Shown in pieces: positions 1-7,649 of a DNA stretch of 24,000 nucleotides (position 1 is the stretch's first letter; each line of letters opens with the position of its first letter). A program made the position numbers and the translations under genes. The notes under the pieces were generated by a model. It had not been told where the DNA came from. It searched no databases and saw only the letters and a list, made by a program, of their open reading frames with translations. The stretch is from contig NZ_JACJQO010000005.1 in NCBI RefSeq assembly GCF_014696715.1, positions 1,226,352 through 1,250,351 on the forward strand. Reading direction: 5' to 3'. The stretch is from Pseudanabaena sp. FACHB-2040 (GTDB taxonomy: Bacteria; Cyanobacteriota; Cyanobacteriia; Phormidesmidales; Phormidesmidaceae).

Positions 1-132
1 GTCTGGCAGCAGATCCGGGTTGTCGTAGGCATGGGCCGCTGGCATGACTCCCCAGGAGGCAAGAAACACCAAACACACCATTGCCACCTGAACGGTGACT
101 TTGGCAAGAGATCTTATAGAGGAGTGAGGCAT
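1..132 (-). CDS. N-terminal 44 aa of a secreted/lumenal protein of unknown identity; the CDS continues past the window start
   Basis: Not in the ORF track. A reverse-strand ATG at 132..130 reads MPHSSIRSLAKVTVQVAMVCLVFLASWGVMPAAHAYDNPDLLPD in frame to position 1. It has a basic n-region, a hydrophobic core and an AHA cleavage-type motif, which together look like a Sec signal peptide. Confidence 0.45.
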   Translation of the reverse strand, partial: MPHSSIRSLAKVTVQVAMVCLVFLASWGVMPAAHAYDNPDLLPD

Positions 133-272
133 AGCGGATCGCACTCTTAATAGGGCTAAAAACGAGTGCCCAAACCGACAGCAGACACAATTGGCGGCTG
201 CCTCTGGGCCTCGTTCAACTTTGTTACAGTTGTTTACTTAATTCTAATAATATGGACGGATGAAAGAAACCG

Positions 273-944
273 TCAATCAACGTCAGCAATTTCATGGCCT
301 GGCTCTGTAGGCTGGCTCAGATTAGAGGGGTCTATCAACTCCTCTGGCATAGAGGCTTGGGGCAGTTTTTGCTGGGTCGGCGTGGGCGCTGGCCGCGCTC
401 TACGATCGGTTGCTGGGAGCCGGGACTTGGGGGCTGATGGAGCAGAGCCCTGGAGCGATCTCAACTCAGGACTGCTGCCATTTCCTTTGCGAGTGCGGGA
501 TGGGGCAGGCCGATCTGAAGTGATGGCGGGGGGACGCGATCGCAAATTACGCCCCTGCGGCGAATATTTCTTGGTAGCAGGTGGACGCTGCCAGGCTTGC
601 CAGGCGGCTTTAACCCCAGCCATGAGGCTCTGAGTGCCTACCTGTAGCTGCTGGGCCTGATGCCGAGCCGAGCTCACGCTCTGATCGACCTGCTGAATAA
701 CTTTGCCCGCCTGATTGACCCCTTCACTCACCTCATCAGTCAGCTCTGTAAGCTCCAGCCCGGTCAGCCGAATGGCCTCTAGGGTAGGCGGTAGTTCCCG
801 ATTAAGCGTGTCAAACAGTTTCTCCGCGCTGCGTGAGGCCCGCCCTAATTCACGCAGCGCTGGCACTGCCGCCATCAGCACTGCTGTCAGACTCACGGCT
901 ACCAGCAGGAGAGACAGTGCCAGCCAGAAGAGAGGATCAAACAC
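273..944 (-). CDS. DUF948 (YtxG-like) membrane protein with a P/R/S-rich disordered tail
   Basis: 223-aa ORF. It has an N-terminal TM helix (FWLALSLLLVAVSLTAVLMAAVPAL). A helical segment follows (AEKLFDTLNRELPPTLEAIRLTGLELTELTDEVSEGVNQAGKVIQQVDQSV), the architecture I recognise as DUF948. The C-terminal ~110 aa are low-complexity P/R/S-rich. It lies 21 nt downstream of the YtxH-like gene on the same strand. Confidence 0.6.
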   Translation of the reverse strand: MFDPLFWLALSLLLVAVSLTAVLMAAVPALRELGRASRSAEKLFDTLNRELPPTLEAIRLTGLELTELTDEVSEGVNQAGKVIQQVDQSVSSARHQAQQLQVGTQSLMAGVKAAWQAWQRPPATKKYSPQGRNLRSRPPAITSDRPAPSRTRKGNGSSPELRSLQGSAPSAPKSRLPATDRRARPAPTPTQQKLPQASMPEELIDPSNLSQPTEPGHEIADVD

Positions 945-965
945 AGGAAAAAGATTAGGGAAACA

Positions 966-1301
966 CTACTCAGCTGTGGACTTGCCCACCCCTACAGAGC
1001 GGGGCTGACGGGAGAGGGTTTCGTATTCCCGCTGGCTAGCGACTTGGCCCGCTGCAATGGCCTCGCGTAGACGATTGAGGGTCTGCTCCCAGTTACTTAG
1101 GGCTGTCTCAGACAGTCGGTCAGCCTGCAGCTGCACCGAAGTCGAGAGGTCTTCGACCAGTTCTGGCAGCGCATCTGCTGACTTCTTTAAGATCTGCCGC
1201 GTTTCCCGACCCGTTCGGGGAGCTACCAACAGCCCAGTCACCGCTCCAATTGCGGCCCCAATCATCACACCGCCCAAAAACGAGCCTGATTTGCCTGACA
1301 T
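966..1301 (-). CDS. YtxH-domain protein (general-stress-type small membrane protein)
   Basis: 111-aa ORF. The N-terminus GSFLGGVMIGAAIGAVTGLLVAPRTGRETRQ matches the YtxH-family hallmark, a Gly-rich helix followed by APxxGxETR. An amphipathic helical region follows. Confidence 0.7.
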   Translation of the reverse strand: MSGKSGSFLGGVMIGAAIGAVTGLLVAPRTGRETRQILKKSADALPELVEDLSTSVQLQADRLSETALSNWEQTLNRLREAIAAGQVASQREYETLSRQPRSVGVGKSTAE

Positions 1302-1409
1302 ATGTCTCTCCCAGCCAGCCTTGACGACACCACACTGTTTCTAGTTTCTACACCGTTGCTTCAAGAGCAAAGTTGCTTTGAGCGCAAACTTCTTTAAACC
1401 ATAGCGCCA

Positions 1410-1763
1410 TTACCGGCGAAAAAAGCGGCGTTTACGGCCCTGCCTAAAGCCACTCTCTGGTTTGCGCCGCACCCACCGCCATCCCAGCGGGAGCAGCCCT
1501 ACCAGCGCTATTAGCTGCTGTAGCTGGCTGATTTGCCGCTGTAGCTGACTGTAGTGCGATCGCAGCTCGGCAGCCCCTCGCTGCCCCACCAAAATTAGTT
1601 CCGGGGTGGTTTCAGCGTGCAGCAGACGGTGGCTCTGGCGTTCCCAGGCAGCCAGCGCATCCGCCATCTGGGCCAGACTAGCGCGCCAGCACCAGATGCG
1701 CCAAGCCGTGTAGAAACCCAGCAGGGAAACTAAGATATTGATGCTGACAACAACTGCAACCAC
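1410..1763 (-). CDS. hypothetical 2-TM protein with a coiled middle and a basic C-terminal tail
   Basis: 117-aa ORF. It has hydrophobic segments VAVVVSINILVSLLGFYTAWRIWCW and LIALVGLLPLGW, a Q/L-rich heptad-like segment (YSQLQRQISQLQQLI) and an RKRRFFRR tail. It is on the same strand as the two downstream genes. I recognise no family. Confidence 0.45.
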   Translation of the reverse strand: MVAVVVSINILVSLLGFYTAWRIWCWRASLAQMADALAAWERQSHRLLHAETTPELILVGQRGAAELRSHYSQLQRQISQLQQLIALVGLLPLGWRWVRRKPESGFRQGRKRRFFRR

Positions 1764-1916
1764 AGAGCTGACTCCCTAGTCACCAGGCAACTTTTCGCCC
1801 CAACAGCTTTGTGCAAGATCTCACATTGAGCAGGGCCACCAAGCACTTTGATGTGGCTAAATCATATCTGTAATCTCAGCTCACTGTCGTTCATAAACCC
1901 TAGTTAGGGTTAAGGC

Positions 1917-4097
1917 ATGGTTCAAACCGTCTCCCAAGTCCTCCAGGTTGACCCCCGCAGCGGCCAAGACCCGCCGCAGGGAGCAGCCACCGGCCCCTTC
2001 AAAACCCTCACAGCAGCGCTGCGGCAGGCCAGCGGAAATACCCTGATCCAGCTGGCTCCGGGCACCTACACCCAAGAGAGCGGTGAGAGTTTCCCCCTGG
2101 TTTTACCCGCTAACACCCTGCTCAGCGGCGATGAAGCTAATCAGGGCAAGGCGGTCATTATCCGAGGAGGAGGCCCTTTTCGAGGCAGCCAGCTGGGAGA
2201 ACGTAGCTTCACGCTGGTGCTGCAGGGCGAGGCCCAGGTGCGAGGCGTGACCATTACCAACCCCCAGGGCGTTGGCATTGGCATTGAGATGGGGCGGCCT
2301 TTGGTGCGGGCCAGTCAGATTCTCCAGTGCAGCCAAGATGGTATTGCGATCGCAGGTGCGGCCATGCCCGCTATTCTCGACTGCCAAATTGAGAGCATCG
2401 GCAGCAACGGCATTTTGTTTAGCCAGCGAGCCAAGGGGGAGGTGCGGCGCTGCGGCCTGCGGCGGTGTGGCTACGGCATTGCCATCCAAGACGAAGCGGC
2501 TCCCCTAGTGAGCGAGAGCCAGTGTGTCAACAACCGGGTCGGCATCGGTATCTTCAAGACAGCCCGGCCCGTACTGCGGCGCAACCAGCTGGCGCAGAAC
2601 CAGTCCGTTGGGCTGCTGGTACAGCAGACAGCCTGGCCAGATCTCGGCCAGCCCCAAGATCCGGGGGGCAACGTGATGCGCTACAACACCGAGGCCGACG
2701 TGCTGAATGAAACCGGTCGAGCCTTGATTTCTGTGGGGAACGATGTCTTGCCACAGCAGCTAAAAGGGCCAATTTCTCTAGGGGCTAGCCAGGTTCCCGA
2801 GGTGGGAGCGGTGCCGCCGGTTCTAATTGGCAGCACTCAGGTCGGCCAGCCTGCCCCAGGAGGCCAACCCACGCCAGGCAGCACAGTGCTGCAGCCACCC
2901 GTTTCTAGTGGAGCGACTAGCCGCTTTAGGGATATGGTCGGGCACTGGGCCGCTGCTTACGTAGAGGCGCTGGCAGCAAGAGGACTGGTTCGGGGACTAG
3001 AAGACGGCAGCTTTCAGCCTAACCGAGCGGTGACGCGGGCTGAATTTGCCGCACTCATGGTGTCTAGCTTTCCAGCGGTGCCTGAGAGCAAACCTGCCGT
3101 TCGATTTGTCGATGTGGGGACCGGTTTTTGGGCTCAAGGCGCGATCGCAAAAGCCCAGCGACAGGGGTTTCTCAGCGGCTTTCCAGACCAAACCTTTCGC
3201 CCCAATGAGACGATCAGCCGAATTCAGGGGATTGTTGCGATCGCAAACGGCCTGGGCCTACCCACTGGACCTGCCAGCAGCCTAGTGGTCTACCGAGATC
3301 GGGCGCAAATTCCTAGCTATGCCGTCTCAGCCACTGCTGCCGCCACGCAAAATCGGCTCATTCTCAATTTTCCTGACCCTAACCAGCTCCGCCCCCTGGC
3401 CGCCCTCACCCGTGCCGAAGTGGCTACTCTGGTCTATCAGGGGCTGGTCTACCAGAACAAAGCCCCCGTCATCGAATCTGGGCTGATTCCCCGGCTCAGC
3501 GACTCCGCACCTGGATTTAGTGACCTGTCAGGTCACTGGGCTAGGCCCTTCATCGAAGGACTAGCTCAGCATCAGCTGATCAGCGGCCTAGAAGCCGGCC
3601 AGTTTGCCCCTAATGCTGCCATGACGCGGGCTCAGTACGCGGCTCTGCTAGCCAGAGCATTTCAGCCCCAGCCCAAACAGCCCCCTACTAGCTTCGTGGA
3701 CGTGCCGCCTAACTTCTGGGCGGCCGATGCGATTCAGATGGCCTACCGGGCCGGTTTTCTATCGGGGTTTCCAGACTATACCTTTGCCCCTGACCATTCT
3801 CTGCTGCGGGTGCAGGCCTGGGTGTCGCTGGTCAACGGCCTGGCGCTACTGGCAGAGCAGCCGAGCAATCCTAGCCTGCTCAGTCGCTTTGTTGATAGCC
3901 AAACCATCCCAGCCTATGCCCTCAATGCCGTTGCCAAGGCGACCCAGCTGGGCCTAGTGGTCAATGCGCCCGACCTGCAGCAGCTCCGCCCCAACCAGGT
4001 AGCCAGCCGAGCTGACATTGCTGCTGCCGTCTATCAAGCCCTGGTGGTACAGCAGCGACTACCGGCAATCACTAGCCAGTACATCGTCAAAGTCTAG
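1917..4097 (+). CDS. DUF1565-type right-handed beta-helix protein with six C-terminal SLH (S-layer homology) repeats
   Basis: 726-aa ORF.
- The N-terminus carries PFKTLTAALRQASGNTLIQLAPGTYTQESGESFPLVLPANTLLSG. Repeated short beta-helix rungs follow (GVTITN, GIGIEM, DGIAIAG, NGILFSQ, YGIAIQD, VGIGIF, VGLLVQ).
- A P/G-rich linker comes next.
- Six SLH-like units then follow, in the pattern F.D..GHW....E.L / FVDV...FWA...I / ...IP.YA......A. Each ends in TRAE/TRAQ/SRAD-type helices.
- An in-frame TAA sits 3 nt upstream of the ATG, so the start cannot be further upstream. Confidence 0.85.
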   Translation: MVQTVSQVLQVDPRSGQDPPQGAATGPFKTLTAALRQASGNTLIQLAPGTYTQESGESFPLVLPANTLLSGDEANQGKAVIIRGGGPFRGSQLGERSFTLVLQGEAQVRGVTITNPQGVGIGIEMGRPLVRASQILQCSQDGIAIAGAAMPAILDCQIESIGSNGILFSQRAKGEVRRCGLRRCGYGIAIQDEAAPLVSESQCVNNRVGIGIFKTARPVLRRNQLAQNQSVGLLVQQTAWPDLGQPQDPGGNVMRYNTEADVLNETGRALISVGNDVLPQQLKGPISLGASQVPEVGAVPPVLIGSTQVGQPAPGGQPTPGSTVLQPPVSSGATSRFRDMVGHWAAAYVEALAARGLVRGLEDGSFQPNRAVTRAEFAALMVSSFPAVPESKPAVRFVDVGTGFWAQGAIAKAQRQGFLSGFPDQTFRPNETISRIQGIVAIANGLGLPTGPASSLVVYRDRAQIPSYAVSATAAATQNRLILNFPDPNQLRPLAALTRAEVATLVYQGLVYQNKAPVIESGLIPRLSDSAPGFSDLSGHWARPFIEGLAQHQLISGLEAGQFAPNAAMTRAQYAALLARAFQPQPKQPPTSFVDVPPNFWAADAIQMAYRAGFLSGFPDYTFAPDHSLLRVQAWVSLVNGLALLAEQPSNPSLLSRFVDSQTIPAYALNAVAKATQLGLVVNAPDLQQLRPNQVASRADIAAAVYQALVVQQRLPAITSQYIVKV

Positions 4098-4183
4098 GTA
4101 AGCGCAATTCGCCATTTTTCCCTGACCGATAAAATGTAACAATATATGTTTAATCTCTTAATGCTTCAATAGGAAAAATTGGT

Positions 4184-4516
4184 ATGGCCGAAATTCAATT
4201 TGCCCGTGGGATCGCTGAAGAAGTTATCCCCGATGTTAAGATGACCCGCGCTAAAGATGGCACCAACGGGACAGCCACCTTTTACTTCGACTACCCCAAA
4301 GCCCTGTCTCAGGAAGGCATCGAGATTACGGGGATGTATCTGGTCGATGAGGAAGGCGAACTGGTCAGCCGAGACGTCAACGGCAAATTCGTCAACGGGG
4401 AGCCTGCTGGCATCGAAGCTCGATACATCATCAAGAGCGTTGAGGAATGGGAGCGGTTTATGCGCTTCATGAACCGCTACGCCGAACAAAACGGATTGGG
4501 CTTCACCAAGAGCTAA
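4184..4516 (+). CDS. psb28: photosystem II assembly factor Psb28
   Basis: 110 aa. [36 protein letters not shown]...[30 protein letters not shown]...[21 protein letters not shown] is a near-consensus Psb28 sequence along its full length. Confidence 0.95.
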   Translation: MAEIQFARGIAEEVIPDVKMTRAKDGTNGTATFYFDYPKALSQEGIEITGMYLVDEEGELVSRDVNGKFVNGEPAGIEARYIIKSVEEWERFMRFMNRYAEQNGLGFTKS

Positions 4517-4525
4517 CCCCCTCCC

Positions 4526-5044
4526 ATGACAGTCCCCCACCCCGATACACTTAACCAGCCGGTTGCCTGCGCCGTTGTCACGCTCAGTGATACTCGCACT
4601 GCTGCTACTGACAGTAGCGGTCAACTGATGCAAAAGCTGCTGACCGAGGCCGGACATCGAGTGGGGGATTATCAAATTCTGCCAGACGAGCCCAATCAGA
4701 TCCGGGCGCTACTCTCGGCCTATTGCCTGCAGCCCCAGATTCAGGCAGTCATCTGCAGCGGCGGTACCGGCATTGCCCCCCGCGACACCACCTATGATGC
4801 GATCGCAGCCTTGCTGGAAAAAGAACTGCCGGGCTTTGGCGAGATTTTTCGCTACTTGAGCTACCAGGAGATAGGCTCACGTGCGATCGCATCTCGCGCT
4901 ACGGCTGGCATCTACCAGTCCACCCTAATTTTCTCCCTTCCTGGCTCTAGCAAAGCAGTCAAGCTAGCGATGGAAGCCCTAATTTTGCCCGAATTGGTTC
5001 ACCTCACCCGGTTAGTGAATAAACCCAATCAGGCAAACCCCTAG
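4526..5044 (+). CDS. moaB: molybdenum cofactor biosynthesis protein B (MoaB/Mog family)
   Basis: 172 aa. It carries the MoaB-family motifs TLSDTR...D.SG, ICSGGTGIAPRDTTYDA, LPGFGEIFRYLSYQEIGSRAIASRATAG and LIFSLPGSSKAV. It starts 9 nt after the psb28 stop. Confidence 0.85.
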   Translation: MTVPHPDTLNQPVACAVVTLSDTRTAATDSSGQLMQKLLTEAGHRVGDYQILPDEPNQIRALLSAYCLQPQIQAVICSGGTGIAPRDTTYDAIAALLEKELPGFGEIFRYLSYQEIGSRAIASRATAGIYQSTLIFSLPGSSKAVKLAMEALILPELVHLTRLVNKPNQANP

Positions 5045-5074
5045 AATCATTCCGGCTCTCATGGTCTCAACAGC

Positions 5075-5103
5075 AAGCGGCACAGCAAAATGCTGCACCG
5101 CTT
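5075..5103. terminator. candidate bidirectional stem-loop between convergent moaB and ndhJ
   Basis: aagcggcacagc (5075-5086), aaaat, gctgcaccgctt (5092-5103). This is a 12-nt stem with a central 2x2 mismatch, located in the convergent intergenic gap. No clear U-tract follows. Confidence 0.35.
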
Positions 5104-5149
5104 ACCTGATTAGCATGAGTAGTGGGTCATCTCAAAACGTGGCAGGCCA

Positions 5150-5698
5150 CTAGTAAGCGTCCTGTAGCTCATAGAAATCGGGCGAAATGTAGTCCTTACG
5201 CAGCGGCCAGCCAACCCAGTCTTCTGGCATCAGCAGACGCTTCAGATTGGGGTGCCCCTCGTAGAGGATGCCGTACATGTCGTAGCTTTCGCGCTCCTGC
5301 CAGTCAGCAGATTTCCAGATCCAGTAGACCGAAGGCACCCGTGGATTATCGCGCGGCAAAAAGACCTTGACCCGCACCTCTTCAGGCCGGTCGGCATCGT
5401 CTGCCAGCTTAATCAGGTGGTAAAAGCTGACTAGATCTCCACCAGGCCCCGTATCATAGGCTCCCTGGCACTGCAAATAGTTAAACCCGTAGGCATACAG
5501 AGCTGTGCAGATAGGGACTAAAAACTCAGCCTCGACCTTGAGCATTTCTACGCCCGAATGGTCGCGCTCCATGATGTCGTGGCCAAAGCCATTCTCAGTC
5601 AGCCAGCTAGAAACCGCCCCTGGTTCAACAATAGAGGCGATTTCAACCGATTCAACCGATTCAGCCGATTCTGTAGACTTGTTTTCTTCTTCAGCCAT
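5150..5698 (-). CDS. ndhJ: NAD(P)H-quinone oxidoreductase (NDH-1) subunit J
   Basis: 182 aa. [85 protein letters not shown] all match cyanobacterial NdhJ. The start is 2 nt after the ndhK stop. Confidence 0.95.
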   Translation of the reverse strand: MAEEENKSTESAESVESVEIASIVEPGAVSSWLTENGFGHDIMERDHSGVEMLKVEAEFLVPICTALYAYGFNYLQCQGAYDTGPGGDLVSFYHLIKLADDADRPEEVRVKVFLPRDNPRVPSVYWIWKSADWQERESYDMYGILYEGHPNLKRLLMPEDWVGWPLRKDYISPDFYELQDAY

Positions 5699-5700
5699 GC

Positions 5701-6444
5701 TTACACTTCCTCTTTCTGAACCGTCTCAATGAGCGCAGGCTCTACCGGCAGGCCCATTGACTCCATCAGTTCCTTGGGCGGAGCCTGACGAGTATCAGAA
5801 CGCAGATAGCTGCCGGTCAAAATTGGATCGACAGAATTCAGGCCGTGGTTGCGGGTGTAGAACCGGTGGGTCTGCATTGTGTAAGCCCGTTCCTGCATAG
5901 ACTCGTTGGCGATCTTTTTACGCAGCTTGATGATGGCATCAATGATCGCTTCTGGTCGGGGCGGGCAGCCAGGAATGTAAACATCAACCGGAATTAGCTT
6001 GTCTACGCCTCGCACCGCTGTCGGCGAGTCGCTGCTAAACATACCGCCGGTAATGGTGCAGGCTCCCATCGCAATGACGTATTTGGGGTCGGGCATCTGC
6101 TCATACAGCCGCACCAGAGCCGGGGCCATCTTCATGTTGATAGTGCCCGCAGTGATAATCAGGTCGGCCTGACGGGGGCTAGAGCGAGGCAGCAGGCCAA
6201 AGCGGTCAAAGTCAAAGCGAGAGCCAATTAGAGCCGCAAACTCAATAAAGCAGCAGGCTGTTCCGTAGAGCATGGGGAACAGGCTAGAAAGCCGGGTCCA
6301 GTTGTAGAGATCGTCAACGGTGGTGAGAATGACGTTCTCTGAGAGATCGTGGGTGATGCTGGGAGGAGCTGCAGGGTTCATCAACCGCTCATCCGGAGCA
6401 AGCAAAGCATTTTTAGGGGAAATTGAGCCAGGATTCATGACCAT
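5701..6444 (-). CDS. ndhK: NDH-1 subunit K (Fe-S subunit)
   Basis: 247 aa. It carries [35 protein letters not shown] and [14 protein letters not shown], the N2 cluster Cys ligands of the NuoB/NdhK family. It overlaps the ndhC stop by 10 nt. Confidence 0.95.
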   Translation of the reverse strand: MVMNPGSISPKNALLAPDERLMNPAAPPSITHDLSENVILTTVDDLYNWTRLSSLFPMLYGTACCFIEFAALIGSRFDFDRFGLLPRSSPRQADLIITAGTINMKMAPALVRLYEQMPDPKYVIAMGACTITGGMFSSDSPTAVRGVDKLIPVDVYIPGCPPRPEAIIDAIIKLRKKIANESMQERAYTMQTHRFYTRNHGLNSVDPILTGSYLRSDTRQAPPKELMESMGLPVEPALIETVQKEEV

Positions 6445-6797
6445 TCCAGTGCTCCTTTACGCCAAGCGTAGACAAGGCCGATAACAAGAATTGCAATAAA
6501 GATGAGTGCTTCAAGGAAAGCCAACAGGCCCAGCTGGTTGAATGCAACGGCCCAGGGGTAGAGGAAAACGGTTTCTACGTCAAAGATGACGAAAACCAGA
6601 GCAAACATGTAATAGCGAATGTTGAACTGAATCCAGGCGGCCCCCATCGGCTCCATGCCCGATTCGTAGGTGGTGCGCCGAGCAGGGCCGCGGCTGACAG
6701 GCCGCAACAGCCGAGATAGCCCCAGCGCCACTGCGGGCACCAGGCTAGAAATCAATAAGAAAACGAGGAAGTACTCGTAGCCACTTAAAACAAACAC
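6435..6797 (-). CDS. ndhC: NDH-1 subunit C (NdhC), start re-called
   Basis: The ORF track extends to 6863 from an upstream GTG. The conserved NdhC N-terminus (M)FVLSGYEYF begins at the in-frame GTG at 6797..6795, which gives the canonical 120 aa. The rest matches cyanobacterial NdhC: [46 protein letters not shown]...[22 protein letters not shown]. Confidence 0.92.
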   Translation of the reverse strand: MFVLSGYEYFLVFLLISSLVPAVALGLSRLLRPVSRGPARRTTYESGMEPMGAAWIQFNIRYYMFALVFVIFDVETVFLYPWAVAFNQLGLLAFLEALIFIAILVIGLVYAWRKGALEWS

Positions 6798-7057
6798 CAG
6801 TCTTTCACCGTAGGTAACACAAGGGAAAAAACGGTCGGGCGCTGCGACTCTCGTCACGCTCACTCCAGTTTACATCCCCACTTCTCTCTAGCAGATAGCC
6901 TCTGGCAAATGAAAACCTGCTCTGCTGGCTCGGTTGGAGTGCGATCGCAGCCAGACGCTCCAGTTGGGATCGGCTGGGATCAGAGGGAGGAGACCATTTG
7001 TGTCATAATTGTTAACACATCCTTATTTTAAAGCGGATGCGCCGAAGGTGCTATCTG

Positions 7058-7078
7058 TTCTGAAATAGCGATTCAGAA
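7058..7078. promoter_or_regulatory. 7-bp inverted repeat immediately upstream of rubA
   Basis: ttctgaa (7058-7064), atagcga, ttcagaa (7072-7078). It abuts the candidate TTG (7079) and ATG (7091) starts of rubA. It could be an operator or a 5'-UTR hairpin. Its function is unknown. Confidence 0.3.
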
Positions 7079-7090
7079 TTGTCGTCATTA

Positions 7091-7522
7091 ATGAGTCCTA
7101 TGAGTGCCGAGTCTGAGACACCCCTACCCTCCTCAGCAGAGACTCCTGCGACTGAGATGCCTGCCGCTGAGGTTTCTGAAGCCGAGGCTCTGGCAACCCC
7201 GCTAGAGCCCAAGGATATGGATCGCTACGAGTGCCGCGCCTGTGGCTATGACTACGAGCCAGTCAAGGGCGATGACCGAGGGAAAATTCCAGCGGGCGTG
7301 CCCTTTGAGGAGATTCCTAACAGCTGGAAATGTCCCGTCTGCGGCGCTCAAAAAACTCAGTTCAGCAACATTGGCCCAGCAGGATCGCCTTCGGGCTTTA
7401 AGGAAAATTTGGGATACGGCTTGGGGGTTAATGCCATGCCGCCGGGTCAGAAGAACATTTTGATCTTTGGCAGTCTGGCGCTGGCAGTTCTGTTCTTTCT
7501 CAGCCTCTATGGCTTGCGGTAG
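7091..7522 (+). CDS. rubA: membrane-anchored rubredoxin RubA
   Basis: DRYECRACGYDYEPVKGD...IPAGVPFEEIP.SWKCPVCGAQKTQF has two CxxC pairs. GFKENLGYGLGVNAMPPGQKNILIFGSLALAVLFFLSLYGL follows, which is the C-terminal TM anchor typical of cyanobacterial RubA. The start is uncertain: TTG 7079 (ORF track), ATG 7091, ATG 7100 or ATG 7216 are all in frame. Confidence 0.88.
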   Translation: MSPMSAESETPLPSSAETPATEMPAAEVSEAEALATPLEPKDMDRYECRACGYDYEPVKGDDRGKIPAGVPFEEIPNSWKCPVCGAQKTQFSNIGPAGSPSGFKENLGYGLGVNAMPPGQKNILIFGSLALAVLFFLSLYGLR

Positions 7523-7541
7523 GCCAGGACCGAGATTCCAA

Positions 7542-7578
7542 CTAGTTTCCAAAGCGTTCTAGTTTTCAAAGCGTCTAG
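7542..7578. repeat. tandem direct repeat, period 17 nt, about 2.2 copies, in the rubA-ycf48 spacer
   Basis: ctagtttccaaagcgt (7542-7557), t, ctagttttcaaagcgt (7559-7574), ctag (7575-7578). There is one C/T difference between the full copies. Confidence 0.6.
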
Positions 7579-7649
7579 AGCCTAAGCCCTACACGCTTTA
7601 CTCGCTTATTCCATCGGTTATTGCTATTAGATTAGGTTGTTTAAATCCA

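Noticed and set aside
141-169. GCACTC ... GAGTGC inverted repeat resembling CIRCE (HrcA operator) half-sites
   Set aside because: CIRCE is TTAGCACTC-N9-GAGTGCTAA. Here the spacer is 17 nt and the flanking TTA/TAA are absent. The downstream gene is not a chaperone as far as can be seen.
166-633. 155-aa + strand ORF (also 715-1008 and 1057-1344) opposite the DUF948 and YtxH genes
   Set aside because: These are antisense to ORFs with clear family-like architecture. Their composition is Gly/Arg/Ala/Ser-rich, typical of out-of-frame translation of GC-rich coding DNA. They have no SD and no recognisable motifs.
2103-3957. Multiple 60-130-aa ORFs on both strands inside the beta-helix/SLH gene
   Set aside because: All are nested in or antisense to a 726-aa ORF with consistent domain structure. 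Their Arg/Ala/Pro-rich sequences are shadow ORFs of a GC-rich gene.
4166-4675. 169-aa minus-strand ORF across psb28 and the start of moaB
   Set aside because: It is antisense to two near-consensus conserved proteins and has no family resemblance. It is a shadow ORF.
6798-6863. 22-codon N-terminal extension of ndhC given by the ORF track
   Set aside because: Conserved NdhC begins [10 protein letters not shown] and is 120 aa. The in-frame GTG at 6797 reproduces this exactly. The extension ([22 protein letters not shown]) is not NdhC-like.
6999-7019. tgtgtcataattgttaacaca, which looks like a CRP/NtcA-family palindrome
   Set aside because: The half-sites TGTGT/ACACA are separated by 11 nt. This fits neither TGTGA-N6-TCACA (CRP) nor GTA-N8-TAC (NtcA), and the inner bases are not symmetric.
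6909-7040. 43-aa + strand ORF (MKTCSAGSVGVRSQPDAP...) in the ndhC-rubA divergent region
   Set aside because: It has no SD and no hydrophobic or recognisable motif, and it spans a HIP1 site and likely promoter DNA. It is probably non-coding.
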